Below are positions 1 to 14,084 of a stretch of DNA of 64,000 bases, piece after piece. Position 1 is the stretch's first letter. Every line of letters starts with the position of its first letter. Under the pieces are notes generated by a model. That model had not been told where the DNA came from. It did no database searches and saw only the letters and a program-made list of their open reading frames with translations. The stretch is from Phoronis australis (taxonomy: Eukaryota > Animalia > Phoronida), in assembly GCA_002633005.1 (NCBI GenBank), contig NMRA01000045.1:291456-355455 (forward strand), read 5' to 3'. The translations under genes and the position numbers were made by a program.

Positions 1-211
1 ATGACGGTTTATTCAGGTAACAGCAAAATGACTGGTAATGATTGTTATGGCGGTAACATTCTAATTTCAAAATGGCTTCAGGGCCCTTCCTAACTTTACT
101 GTTTAATTGCTCTTCATTCTTGGTCTGTAGGAAAGACTAGTGTGGTGTTGTTTTTCTCCCAGCCTTGTCTGAATATGTCTGGCTTGTACACTTGTGTTGT
201 TTTTGTTGTAG

Positions 212-3200
212 GAAGTGATAAGCCATCCTGTAGTTCTCCCAAAAACCCCAGTGCGTCGAAGCAAAGACATCTTGGCTGCTCTCAGACGTCTGCCCACAAC
301 ACCAGCGTCCAGTTCACTGAGCCTGTGGTTGTGGTCACACCACCCCATGTGGTGAAGAAAGACAAGTCCAGCCAAGGGGGTGGGGCTAATGACAGCATAT
401 CTGAGTTGTGTGACCAGAAGAGTGCAAAGGGCAAAGATCAAAAGTCAGCACATCCCATTAGTCTTGAGAAGGTGCAAGCAAAGCAGGATTTGGATGGTGG
501 TGATGCATGTACAGCCGATGATCTCAAAGCGAGTTCTGTCTCAAACGCTCAAAACACTAATGTTGAGATTCCCCTGTCAAAAAGGAGTAGTGTGTTTGAA
601 ACGAAGGTGTCAGACGATGCCCCTATTTTGAAAACTTCACTGTCTCAGAGTAGAGTGAAAAAGCGAGCAGGTGTGGAGCATGAGGTAGACATAGAAAACA
701 AGAGCTCCAGGCAGCAAAGTGAGTGTTATCTGTTAACAGAAAGAGGTGGGAATTTGGAAACGCAAGGTAGACAAATGTCACCTGAGTTGTACGACAATGT
801 TGAGTTTAATCCTCGCAAAAGGGAATTACAAACTGACTCACAGAAAATGAATGAGTGTCCGCCTTTGAAAACTGGCTCTGAAAGTGTGTTCAAAGTTCCA
901 ACGATGAGAAGCAACGAGCGAACAGTGACGCCTGATATGTACCAAGACGAGGATACTGTTGAACAGGGGGTTTCTACTGATCAGCTGAGCCCCCTGGTGG
1001 AGACTGACAAAATGAAGGTGGATGTTACACCTTCATCCACTCTAAACACGTTTGCTTCCATTGACTCGGAGACACACAAATACTTGGAGAACTATTTCAC
1101 TCAGGTGGCCAATCAGCATGCTGCTGGCAGTGCGTCTCCGGTCCTGGTAAATCAACATGGCTACGAACGGTGCAGTGAACGTGGTGACCGTGTTGATGGT
1201 AGCTCGGAACCAACCCAAGAACTGTTGCCGGCGAGTAGATACGAAAGAATTCAGGTGTCTTATGAAGAGCTGTTTGATTCTAATAGCCAGGAGGAAAATG
1301 ACTATCGAGACGTGCAGTTTAAGTGTGATACCAATAACATCTTGGTGACAAAGCCACTATTGTCGAATGATAACTACAAAAGTAAGGGTATTGAAGGCAA
1401 ATGTAGTGCTCTCACAAGAGCCAAAGATGAGTGTGCAATCAATTGCAAAGTACGACCCGCTGTGGGCAAGGACGTTGAGGATCATGGGAATTTGAACGAT
1501 TACATGGAAATAGCTATGAACATGAGTGACAACTTCTCGCCTTTGCCCACGCGATGTCACGGAGGAGAAACTAGTCGTGCAACTAGCACTCCTGTGGAGG
1601 TGCGGGCGTCTACAGCAGCTAGTCCCAATGCAGTGGATGGAAGCAGCCAAGACCAGTTTGATGAGTCATTGACTTTCTCTATGATTGAGAATATGTTGAG
1701 CAATGATAAGGACAGCAGACGACTTTCTGGTGCAGTGAAGGATAGTAGACGGTTGCCTGCTCTAAAGGATAACGAACGATTGTCAGCTGTTGTGAAGGAT
1801 AGCAAACGATTGTCTGGGGCTGTGAAGGATAGGTGGAAATTGTCTGCAGTGATGGAAAGCAGACAACAGCCACTGGCTGAGGGTGCTTTGAAAGCAGAAA
1901 CAGAGTCGAGAAGCACTTCTGATGAGGTGGGTGGTATGGAGTGGACGAGTGAAGTGAATATGCAGAGTGAAAGATTTTTGAAAATCAACAAAAGTACCGA
2001 AGAGTTGTTTGATAATCTTGCAGGCTTCAACGCAAATACTCCTCGAAAACCACCTCCAAAGGAAGGAAATTCTGCTAAAAAGATGGATAAGAAACTTGGT
2101 GAAATTCAGCCTGACTTAACAGCTAAGCCGACATTTTATGAAGATGGCAGAAAAGACGCGGTTCAATTTCGGAAAAGGAGAAGTCAAGACAATACTAGTA
2201 GCAGTGATGGAAAGCAGGTGAAACTGTCCCCGTCTGATGACTGTAATAATCTTTCTGTCAATAAAAGTGATGCTAGTGATAACATTCCTCCTTCTCCAGT
2301 AGAGAGTGCTGTCACTCCGGGACGTCGAGCCACGCCAAAACATGGACTGAATACACCACGTAGTAGAAATGTTAATACGCCAGTGACAAGATCCTGTAGA
2401 AAGCGGGTGCATAACGAAACACCGTCCATCAAAAGTAATCAAATGAAGTCACTTGAAGTGAAGTCACAAGTTAAGCAAAAGCACATTCCTACAGCCAGAC
2501 ATCTGCTGAAGACCCCTTGTGATGCAGGGACATCTACAGGCAGTGCAAGTCTCTTAGTTGATGCTAAGTCATTTGCAATCATTGATGTGACTGGAGATGT
2601 GAGGTTATTTGACAATTTTATAGATGAGTGGAAAAGTCAAAAGTCTTACGCTTTCTGCATTGCCTGCGAACAAAAACAGCAAGATATCGTTAGTGGGATT
2701 GGTGGAAAGTTCAGAAAAGGTACGGTCTTAATTTATTTGCAGTTTTACTTTATCAATGCTTATTAGTTTGGTCAATTTCAATGTTACTTTTTTGGAAAGA
2801 TGTAGATCACTGTCATTTAATTGCCATAGGGCACACTCTATTGACGTAAACGAGAACAAAATAATTCATGGAGTTGGAAGTGAATTCAAATGGCAGGAGT
2901 AAATAGGGGGACACCTTTCACTGGTTAACACCAGTATGAAACAGTTTTTGTTGCCTAGGTTATTGTGTTTTCTTTGCAGTATTTTAAGCAGTGAGTTAAC
3001 ACTTGAAACAGAATTTCTTTTGTTGTTACAGACCAAAGCAAGCCATGTGAAAGTGCACAGCTAATGTTTGGAGATCAAGTGCTGGTGGGACTGTCTGTAT
3101 GCTGGGGCAACTGTGATGCTTACTACATCGATTTGACACAGGGTGGAGCCACTGGTTAGTTTCTTGATAACTACTGTGAAGTCGATAGTAATATCCAGTC

Positions 3201-6200
3201 GGTTGTTGTTTTTTTTTTTGGAAATGTTGATCTCTTTACTATCTCAGAATTCTTCATTATGCAGCTTATTCACTACTTGCACAAATTTGCCATTATGTTT
3301 GAGAACGAGGTGCTGTGTTCAAACTAATGGTTCTGCATGTCGGCCACGCGTTCACGTTTGCGTTGTAAAAATTGACACTAAAACAAGGCACTGTGCCCTA
3401 AACAACAATGCACAACAGTCAATTTTTGTAGTGCCACCAAAATGTGCAAGCAGTGAACTGGGCTCGTAATCCAGACGAGCATGTTGTATATGTGGTAGAT
3501 GTCTACATATGCTTATTGTGTTTGAAGGAGACCCCGATGACAGCCTGGCCGCCCCTGAGTTGGATTCTACCTTGACAGTAGACTACAGGTTAGGCTGCAT
3601 CAAGCGTGTACTGGAGCTGGATGGAACTGCTCATGGGGGGAATGTGGTGAAAGCAGCCTTTGATGTTAAGGTATATTGTGTGTTTTCATACTTGCAAAAC
3701 AATTTCAAAATTCTCACTCCATCCAAGATTTTACAGAAAGTGATGTGTCTATTATTTAGAGAAGTGACCACAGAAAAACTTGAAAATCAATCATAATATA
3801 ACCTTGATTACATTGAGAAATTTTCAGGTGGAACTTCATGATGTGTCCATGAAGAGATTACCCAAAGCTGTGTCAATTGACAAAATTATGCCAAAGAAGG
3901 TGCATATTGAGTCTTCGAGAGTGTCACCTGGCTTCAGTTGTAAGAAATAAAAGTAAAGATTCAAACCGTCACTTTCATTTCTTGGTTGTCTTCCGGTGTG
4001 TTCCATTGATAAAAGTATCAAGTTTCTTTCCTGTACAGAGACGTTCGGTGGTAGTGTATACTTCTCGATTCCAACAGGAATCTGAAATGGTCCAAATATT
4101 TCGGGAGGTACGTCCATTCCATTGAACCTTACTGTTTCCTGACTTTTGTATAGTTGCAATGAAGTTAAGTTTCTTTCTAAATTTGAGAAAAATCTCTACT
4201 GCCATATTATGCGCTAAAATTGAAGAAGGTTTGGGGTACATACTCTTTAGAGCTATGTTGCAAACAGTCATATCTGTTAGAACTGCCATTACTAATACTA
4301 TAGGAGCAGTACAAGGCCTTAGCCTCTGGATGTGGTATAGTGCTGGCCAGCACCTGTCAGGACCCTAAGGTGGCCAGTTGGATGATGGACCCTGGTGCTA
4401 GGGAGATGAACCTCCACAGTATGGTGCTGAGACATACGCCTCCTTTGGTGGAACTATTAGAAGGTCAGGGATAAGTATTGGACTAGTTACATGTTTCTAA
4501 AGTGATCATCTCTCAGCTGAAGCAATTCTTATGCATCCATATACACATGTGGCTGCATATTGGTGTAATCTGTGCGAGCTGCCAGCATCTGCTGCTGTAT
4601 CACATAAGCCCCTCGCAGGATCTTAATGGGATTTGGAAGATGTGTTCCTATGACGCGAATGGGAGATGACAGGTATAAGTTTGGGTGCGATACGACTACC
4701 GCTCTGACCCTTGTGGCAATTTTAGCTTGTTTACATATGCATCTTTCGACTGAAAATCATGCTTACACCGAAGAAAGATTCTCTTAAGAGATGCCTTTGA
4801 TTAGGAGTGGCAAAATGTTTTATCATATTGTAAAGAATTTTCACCATGTTTTCAGAACTCGGAGGTGGCCATGGTTTGAGTAGCTCTGGTCTGAGTGTTC
4901 GCAATACTGTGTCTGGCCGGATACGCTCAACAGTGGAGTCAGTGCTGGTCTACCATCTAATGGGAGCGCTCAACTTGAAACTGGGCGATGAAGGCTACAC
5001 ACATTCGTTCCAACAGGTGGAGATGCCTTCCGTTATGCTTTTAGGCAAAATGGAACTCAATGGAATGGGTAAGGTTAATGCCATGTTACATTAACTTGTT
5101 GGATGGCATTTACACATATTTTGGCCAAAATTTCCAAACAGGTTTGCAGAATATCAGTGTGAATATGTAAGTGGTGCTCATAACTGTTTGACATTCTTTT
5201 TTGCTATTCTATATCTCTGTCTAGTCACAGTATTTCACTGATGAATGAGATATTGGCTTGAAACTGCGCCCCTGTTTTGCTGCTTGAAATATCAAAATCC
5301 TATTAAACTACCCCTCTTATCCTAACAAAAGTGATGACAAGATTTTCCTTGCCATGGTAGGATTTCCGTTATCATGTGGCCATTCCAGTTGAACCACAGG
5401 ACACGTCTTGGGTTTCAACTGAATACTGACACCATTGCTATCAAGGCAAGGAAAATTTTTAAATTTAGATTTAAAAGTCTAATTCGATGAGCTTATCTGA
5501 ACTCAAGAAATTTAGTGTTTAAATTGTGAGACTGTAACTTCAAGTATGATGATTTTAAAATTGATACTGATATTGTGATCCCATGTTGTGTTTGTACACA
5601 GGCTTCAGTCAGACAGAGTGTGACAGTCAGCAGAGTCTAATGCAGGCTAAACTATCCGCCCTAGAGCAGGAGGCGTACGCCATTGTGGGTCACCCCTTTT
5701 CATTGTCCTCGCCTGATGACATCTCACAGGTAAATGACATAGATCTTGGTACTGAGAATTCAAAGTACTTTTTTAACGTTTTTGGGACACCATGTACATT
5801 TTGAAGTACCAGATCGTACCAATAACAAAATATTGGATCACATTGAGAACTTGTTACAGTATCTAGCTCAACATAAATTTTAAGTTTGATCAATCAGAAA
5901 TATGCCCATTAGCAGAAATGCTATCTTTTGTATTTTGAGTATTGTTTTCCTAAGTTTTTTGTTTCTCTCAGGTACTCTTTGTTGAGCTCAGGCTGCCACC
6001 TACTGGTGACCCTAGTGCACCCCTGCAAACTAAGACGCTGGGTCCAGCCAAAAGAGGTCGCCGGAGGCAGCAGTTTAGCACTTCCAAGGATATTCTGGAG
6101 AAGTTGAAAAAGCTTCACAAACTTCCAGGTAGAGAATGTCTTGGTTTAGTTTTGCTGGTTCTGTGATCATAGTCAAGATCCTCTTCTAAAGATGTTTGTC

Positions 6201-9200
6201 AACAACCGATTATTCAAGAACAATCCTGACCTAACAATAGATATACTCTAAGTAAAATATCCATTGTGTGGCAGAATGATGGCTACTTGGCTATCCTACT
6301 TAGGGTTGTGTTTTGTAGACTTATTACACTAAGCCTAGACTGATCACATGCTTTGCCTGTGATGCATGGCGATATCTTGCAAAGAAGTCCTGAGTGATCT
6401 TGTGTTTTAACAAGAATCTTATGTCTACAAAATGTTGCAGTGGTATCAGCACTAATCTTCTTTAATATCTGATCAAACTGCTCATAAAATAAGGACAATT
6501 GGGCTTGGTGACCAAGCTGTCTCTTTTGTTCTTTAGTTTAGCTGATTTCCAGAGCTAGATATTGACCACAAGAAGTCTTCATGTTTACTAAATGTGCAAG
6601 TGATGGTGATTTTAGTTCAGAATGTTAGAGTAAGAAATCAATGTTCAGTCAGTGTGGAAAATATTCTAATGATGCATTGACAGCTTTGTCAGGAAGCTCA
6701 TGTCCTCCATTTCTGTTTTCTGTTTCACTAACTGGCGAGGGGTGTGCCGGTGAAGGATTTGAGTTGGGTATGCATCCAGCTGTCTGATTATGAGCAAGAA
6801 CTTCCTGACTAGGCGTTCAAGGTATCTCTTATTTTTGAACAATTTCCTCTACAGACTAGTATTGTTTTTATTCTGATTTCCAGCTGTCATTCTGGAATGG
6901 AGGCGGATCACGTCTGCTCTCACAAAGAACGTGTTCCCATTCCAACGCGAGAAGATCTACAGCGACCGCCTGGACATGCATCGTATCCACGGCTACAGCT
7001 GGACACACACGCAGACTGGCCGTGTAACGATGAGCGAGCCAAACCTGCAGAATATACCACGCGACTTTGAAATACAGATGCCAGGTATACTAGTGCCCAG
7101 TATGCTTTTTGTAATCGCATCTACCTGGCACAAACTGCATATTAACACATTGTAAAATGACACGGTAAAATTATGTGTTGGAATAGAAGTTGATGGGGAA
7201 TGATGACACTGTGGTATCAGTTTATTACCTGTTAGTAAAGTAGAACAAGTTGCTCTCAATCTTGTTGCATGTCAACTACATGTCTAAATACAAAGGTGTG
7301 TCAAGGCTAGTAGGTCGTCTCAGTTGTGTTTGTTCATTACTTCAGCCGTAGGTATTGACATTCACACCATTGTGAACCTAACTGTGCCTCTTGTTATTTG
7401 CCGTCAGTGGCAAGGTGTCTGGAAAGCTTTTCATATTTACTCGTGAAAATGACAATTTAGGATATATGTGTTGCAACTCGTGACATTTCATTGTATCGTT
7501 TTTTCCTTGAAGGATATGTTGCCCCAAATTAATGCTTTTCTATGTTCAAGCTCTGTACCGTAGTTACCAATAGATAATGCTTTTGAAAAATGTGACCAAT
7601 CACAACAATGTTAGAAGCACTTGAACAATGATAAAAGGTCAGTTTTTGTCGGACATTGGTTAGAATTTACTGTAATCAATGGTAAGTGATTTCTCTGCAG
7701 GCACCATTGGAGAAAGTCCTCCAGCGGGTGTAGTTGGTGGACCTAACCAGAACAGGAAGAGGCGATGTAGCTCACACCACAAGGTGGCGCAACAGCTAGC
7801 ATGCATTGATCACAAGGCTCCATCTGTGGCTGTGAGCATGCGTCATGCATTTGTACCATTTACTGGTGGGTTGGATGTTGTATGGATTTTTCTAACCTGT
7901 TTAATACGATAGCATGTTGTGGTTGTTATTATTTTCTTTCTTTGACTGAAAAAATCTCTGTATGATTAAGTTAAAAGTTGAAGATTCACAACACTACGGT
8001 TCTTGTCTAGTCACTTAATGTGAACAATGAACTCAGAATAAAAAGACGTTTTTAAATAGATTTTGCTATAAATGAAAGAAGCAGTGTTTGATTTTTGACA
8101 AACGCAATGTTTTTATGGGCACATCTGCCAATAATGGAAGTTGCATGCTAAGGTTTAGTGTCAATTGCTGCAAACATCTTTCATTCGTTAAAAGCAAATT
8201 GTTGTATCCGCATTTTCACAAAAACGTTTACACTAGGTGGAGTGATATTAGCTGCTGATTACTCTCAGCTGGAATTGCGCATCATTGCTCACCTGTCGAG
8301 AGACAAGAAGTTGATTAACATTCTTAATGGTGGAGGTGACGTCTTTAAGATGATAGCCGCACAGTGGAAGCTGTGTACTCCAGACGAAATTTCAGCAAAG
8401 GACCGGCAGCAAGCCAAACAGGTAAGGCGGGAATGTTATATAAACTGTTTTCTCTCGAATGGTCAACCATAAAATAAGCGCATGGCTTAAAAATGTTCTC
8501 GCAGTGTGACAAGTGAATTGTTTTTTAATTGTCTGAACAAATTACGTTATATTTATGAGAGCTTGCTGACAATAATATAACGTGGAGTAGTGCAATATTT
8601 TATTTTCCGACCTTCCTGTCTCAGAGGAATTATGGTAAGATCAATATCAGTAATTTTTAAGTGTGCATTCCTTTGTATAACCATCGGGCACATGACAAGA
8701 ACATTTTCTCATTGAATTTAGTTCAGCGGAAAAAAATTATTGTCAATTTAAAGTTTGCGATTACGTGTACATCAACATATATGTAGGTATTTCCAATTGT
8801 TTTTGTAGCTGTTTGAGTATTCATCTGTATGCGGACATCTTGCGTCCATGACTGTATTTTGCAAAACCGTTTACGGAGATTCATAAAACTTGGTACATAT
8901 TTTGTTCCTAATGAGATGAAAATGACTGACATCAACCTTGATATGTGCTAAATGTTGTTATTAAGTCAAGTAGCTATGGTTTTATTCATGAGAGAATGAC
9001 ACACAGCTTATAGATGATTAGTGCTGTGCCACAAGAAGCAAGGATGAGTTTACTAGTGTTGCTGCCTCTAGTGGGAATGCTTGTTGCGATGCACTTGGCA
9101 CAGTGGATGCTTATCAGAGTTCCACATTGCTCTTGTGTTACTGTTTGTCATAAAGGTGCATGTGTGTGTGTTTACAGGTGTGCTATGGTATGATCTACGG

Positions 9201-11082
9201 TATTGGTGCCAAGGCGCTAGCTGACCAGCTGGAAGTTCATGAGCAAGATGCAGCAGCCTTCATGGAATCCTTCAAGGACAGATACAAGGGTAGGAATGAG
9301 TGGTTTGCTCACTTGTTTGTTTGTACATTCCTTGACGGATACAAGAGACTACTTAGTGCTCTGCTAGCTCACGTATTTATTAGAAACTGTAAATCAGCAC
9401 GCACTTAGCATGTAAAGTTAGAACGTAGGCCTATTTTGTGAATATGCCGTACCCATTCAGCTTAATGAACTCAAAAATCAATTGGTGTCAATTAAGCCAA
9501 GCATGGGTGTTTAAAAACAAAATATTTGAAAAGTCAATGTTGAGTGCTAACCTTAATTCTCAATTGTGTTAAATCCCATGGAGCTACATTGACGGCATAG
9601 TTTTCGTGCAAAAGTCAAATATAACACAGTGTAATGTCTAGTTTAATGAATTGCGTATGAGATCTTAAACTTGTGTGAGACGAGACACTTTTAAGGAAGT
9701 CTCGATCATATAAATTGTGGTGGTTAGTAAGCTGAACATGACTGTAAAAGTGTAAATTTGGTGGTTGGACGCAAAGCCAAAAATGGGTGTTAACCCAGAG
9801 GAGTGCAGTATTTGAATCAATGTGTTGAGTACTGAGATGAATTGGGTACTGAGGGTTGTGTAGGTAACAGATAACAATGACATTGCTTTATCTCGCGCCA
9901 TGTTTCCATTTACAAACACCGCATTTGACGTCATTCAAAAACCATATATTTCCAGTGGATAAGTTTTCAGACTCAGTTGTGTACTTGCTGTAAAGAATTG
10001 TCTCTTGGATACAGACTTACAGACTGTTTGATTTCAGGCATGAAGAGCTACATCAAGACAACAGTGGACCAATGTCGCAAAGATGGCTATGTCACGACAG
10101 TACTGGGAAGGAAGAGGTTCCTACCGGCGATCAATGATGAGAATCCTTTTGCAAAAGCCCAGGTACAACATGTGATTTGTTTTTGATAGGCCGAGGATTG
10201 TTCAGTTAATGCAAGCAGTAGTCAGGGAATCATGGGTAATTGTGTCGGAACTCCTTTTCATAAAAGTACCAGGAGTAATTTTACCAACAGGAAGTTCTGA
10301 AAGAGACCCCCTCCCAACAAAGAACCTGTTGGCACTGTTTCAGAAAAAGTCTCCATGGGGCCTCTTTTGGGATCATTTTGCATGTATGGCACACTTGGAT
10401 TGTGGGGGCAAGATGCCTATGTATATTTTTATCTTTAAAAGGACCGTTTAATTTTTTAAGTGTGCTTGCAGTGATTACATACAGTAAAACTCAGTTCTAG
10501 TTTTCCTATATCATTCAGATCCAACTGAACTGAGAAATTTGATCTGAGTGAAGCAAAATCTGACTTACTGGAAGGACCCAGTGCTCGAACTAAAACTACT
10601 ACAGAACTTTATTTGAATTAAGTGAAAATTCAATTTATATATGTCTGACTTATGCAAGTTTTAATGTGGATACGAATATAAATATTAAGTGAATTAATTA
10701 GTGCAATCTTTCTCCTTAGGCTGAACGTCAGGCTGTAAACACCACCATACAAGGCTCCGCCGCGGATCTTGTCAAGAAGGCCATGGTTGATATTGATGCT
10801 ATTCTTGCAAAGCACTACCCAGACACTGTACGGACTCACCGACACAAGCATGAGTCTACCAGGTCAACAAGGAAGCAGTCTCACCGTGTGAAGCTCAGAG
10901 GCGCTTACTTCATTCTTCAACTCCACGATGAGTTGATCTACGAGGTGTCCAAAGGAGATGTGAGTGAGGTGGCTAGATGTATAAAGCATGGAATGGAGAC
11001 TGCTATGGAGATATCAGTAAAGTTGCCCGTGAAAGTTAAAGTGGGCCCCAGCTGGGGTCAACTGACTGACTTTGACTGTTGA
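212..11082 (+). CDS. POLQ: DNA polymerase theta, 3' part (central domain, inactive exonuclease-like domain, family A polymerase); helicase exons lie upstream of the window
   Basis: GT-AG exons with consistent phase: 212-2719, 3032-3154, 3528-3670, 4304-4463, 4856-5068, 5602-5729, 5972-6128, 6884-7084, 7701-7865, 8237-8421, 9178-9289, 10038-10162, 10720-11082 (TGA). POLQ-type peptides VGLSVCWG..DAYY, DPKVASWMMDP, ILEWRRIT, TGRVTMSEPNLQNIPRDFEI; Pol A motifs AADYSQLELR, AKQVCYGMIYG, QLHDELIYEV. The 2.5-kb exon encodes a low-complexity central region. Confidence 0.96.
1708..1860 (+). repeat. Coding tandem repeat (~30-bp unit, ~5 copies) in the POLQ central domain
   Basis: Translates as KDSRRLSGAV-KDSRRLPAL-KDNERLSAVV-KDSKRLSGAV-KDRWKLSAVM. 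Confidence 0.85.
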
Positions 11083-11697
11083 TGGAGTTGTGATGAAAAA
11101 TGTTTGCAAAGCAGTTATCATCAGCCACATGTGATGTGTCAGTAGACAAAGGTATTTTGACTGATCAGGTTGTGCCAATAGGTAGACTTCATCTTATGTT
11201 ATAATACATCCCTATTTTAGGGTAAAGAATACTTGAACATGTTGCAACTTAACCAGAGTTGTCTTGAGAGTAATACGATCAGTCACATGAACAGTTGCCA
11301 TAATCTTTACAAGAATCTCTAATTGACCAATGCTTAGTTGGTGTGCAATAAAAAGGTGAGAAAATGGTTTGAACCGTTGCTAATGAGACTAACATTTTGG
11401 CCCTGTTCATCGTGTAATACTTCAGCATAGTTTTGTGCAGTCTCAAACAACTTTCAATAACACCAAAAGTTAGTTTGATTAACCAGGCTGTCAAGTTGAA
11501 GGAGCGAAGCCTTGCAAAAAATATAATTAATGTACGTGTCATCACGCATCATTTCAAGAGGGTTTTTTAATGTATAGGTGGAGGTTATAACAGCATAATG
11601 TCAAGCTTGAATGGTGTTCTGTTCAGACCCCCAGGCAATACATCTACTTTTGGCCTTTAAGTCTTTGTCCTCGTACTGATGCAATATGGTGTGAAAA

Positions 11698-11913
11698 GGC
11701 TACTTGACGTGTCATTTGAGGATCCCACGTTTGAGTGATTAAATCGTGTTGGCTACTTGACATGTCATTTGAGGATCCCACGTTTGAGTGATTAAATCGT
11801 GTTGGCTACTTGACATGTCATTTGAGGATCCCACGTTTGAGTGATTAAATCGTGTTGGCTACTTGACATGTCATTTGAGGATCCCACGTTTGAGTGATTA
11901 AATTATGTTGGCT
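11698..11913. repeat. Minisatellite, 53-bp unit x4
   Basis: ggctacttgacRtgtcatttgaggatcccacgtttgagtgattaaatcgtgtt starts at 11698, 11751, 11804, 11857, nearly identical. Confidence 0.95.
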
Positions 11914-13424
11914 CATGATGTTGATGAAGTAATGCTGGGACTGTCTGGATCATAGACATAGTATTGAGATGTCTGTGATCTGGATAGTCCAATACATCTA
12001 AAGTTATAACCAAACTCTGTTCAAGGAAGCCTGGAATATATTCACATAAGCCGTTAACTTGGCAACATGACTCTGTGCTTTAAATTGTTCAGTTAAAGTG
12101 AATTTTTGTCTTTAAAATTTTCCGAAACCTAATAATTAAATTTTAAAGATAATTTTCACTTGCAGTGGTTCTGCATTTTGAGTACAAGTTTTATCGACTG
12201 AATAACAGGCATCAAACTGGTTCTCAAAATATGGAACTCCTGTCAGTGACTATTGCCATTTAAATTATAATTTATGCTTAATAAATATTTTCTTTGGACT
12301 TGAAATTAATTATTGCACAAGTTTTGGAACAAAGTGGGTTGCACTGTGATTTGTTTTTTAGCAAATGCAATTTGAAATATTTAATTAAATCCTGCCAATT
12401 GCTTATTATTTATGTTAAATCATTATTACAGATGCTCAATTTTTAAATAATGTATTTATTGTCACTGGTGGCCATAAAAAGCAATTTAAATTAATTTTGT
12501 GTGAGTGAAAATGGAGTGTAATAGCTTGGCTACCACTTGCATTCATTGTACATCTGTTTATATTGACAATAAAACCAATGTTGTAAATAACTGCTTCTGT
12601 CAACTTTCTTACATCGTCAGTTTTCATAAACGTGTGCTATGAACTGGTGGGTTCACGCTAAATGCTTGTAACCGAAGTTTGCTGTATCCAAATTAAATCC
12701 CTACTTACTGATTTCAATTCATTTCTTGCAAAGGCAGAAATATGCATCAGTTTACCCAACTTAAAGCTTCTAATACAAGCCACGGCATTTACTAATTTCA
12801 GACTTCCCTATTAGAGGCTTCTATGAGAGACCTGCTCGTGTTTATTAATTACTGGCCAGGCCAAAATTACAACCTTCAGAAAAATCCTGTCAAAGGGTAT
12901 GGCAGTTCCGCATGGTATTGGAGAGCCAATGTTTATTAATTTAAGCAAACCTACACCGGCTTCCACATGCGGAAGCCTTCTATCAGAAACCCAGCTTCTA
13001 TAATTCTAATTTACGGTAGTTTTAGGTAGGGCCACTAAAACACAATCAGACAGTTGAATAATGATTATCATGCCCAATTCTGCTATTCAAATTGCATTTC
13101 AACTCACTATTTCCAGCTTTATCGGCATTGGAACAACAAAATTTGATGTAAAATAATGAATAGGCCAGGTAAATGTTTATCTTATGGGGCTCATCTAGAA
13201 ATTCATGCAGGGTGCCAGTTATATTTTTTTATTTTACATGTCGTCACTTCCTCATGGCAAAATCTGCCACGAGCCAACGTATGTTGAAAGGCTATATCAT
13301 AGGCTTGATATTTTATCAATGATATAGATAAGCCTTGTTGCAAACATAAAATTCCTGAAGCGTCATTTGAAGAAATTATGTATTCTATCTTTCGCAAGGT
13401 GTTTGTTAAGCAACTACAGAAATA

Positions 13425-13512
13425 CAGTGTTCTGCCTGATGTTTACAGCAGTGTTCTGCCTGATGTTTACAGCTGTGTTCTGCCTGATGTTTACAGCAGA
13501 GTTCTGCCTGAT
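13425..13512. repeat. Minisatellite, 24-bp unit x~3.7
   Basis: cagtgttctgcctgatgtttacag repeated in tandem. Confidence 0.9.
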
Positions 13513-14084
13513 ACGACTCACAGTTCCCATACGTAACCAGAAGACGCACACTATGCCGCAGCACCATCTGACGATGGGTGAATTTCTGTGCGAGTACTTC
13601 CGCATTCTGCAATGCTTTTTACTGATGCAAACATTTTTTGACATAAAAATGCTTCAAAAACTGTATAATTTTTAAGTGGGGACAATATACATGTCTATTT
13701 TACTTGAAGGAAATGTGGACTATGTTATTGACAATAGTATAGGGGTAAATACTGCAAAACAAAGAAGGTGTTAGTGGTGGTATTTTGGGAAATGGTTATT
13801 GTATATAGCTCATTTAGCTTACAATTTGTGGAATTTGCAAGCATAAGTAAACCCATACAGAACCACTGATAGTTGTATCAAAACAGTGATGAACATTGAT
13901 AGTGAGTTTGCCTGCACAGAAATTGCTAATTACAATCAGCAAATACTATCAATCCACTATCACTGCCGAGATTTGCTGTAATGCAGTTCGACCACATAGA
14001 AAACTAATGGAGCTTTAATTGCACTCATAGGTGGTTTACAAGCACCTACATAGTAATTACAATGCTTTACAGAACATATCAGTT

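Noticed and set aside
142-211. Start of the 874-aa ORF as a protein N-terminus
   Set aside because: Intronic read-through before the acceptor at 210-211; the ORF is an internal POLQ exon.
3270-3430. Similarity to ~54170-54350 suggesting a shared regulatory element
   Set aside because: Diverged match best explained as two relics of an ordinary dispersed repeat.
3836-4289. Overlapping ~105-aa minus-strand ORFs in a POLQ intron
   Set aside because: No recognisable domain or splice structure; possibly decayed TE sequence that I cannot identify.
11698-11913. CRISPR-like array (also considered for 24199-25490 and 29752-29936)
   Set aside because: Units are contiguous with no unique spacers, there are no cas genes, and the context is eukaryotic.
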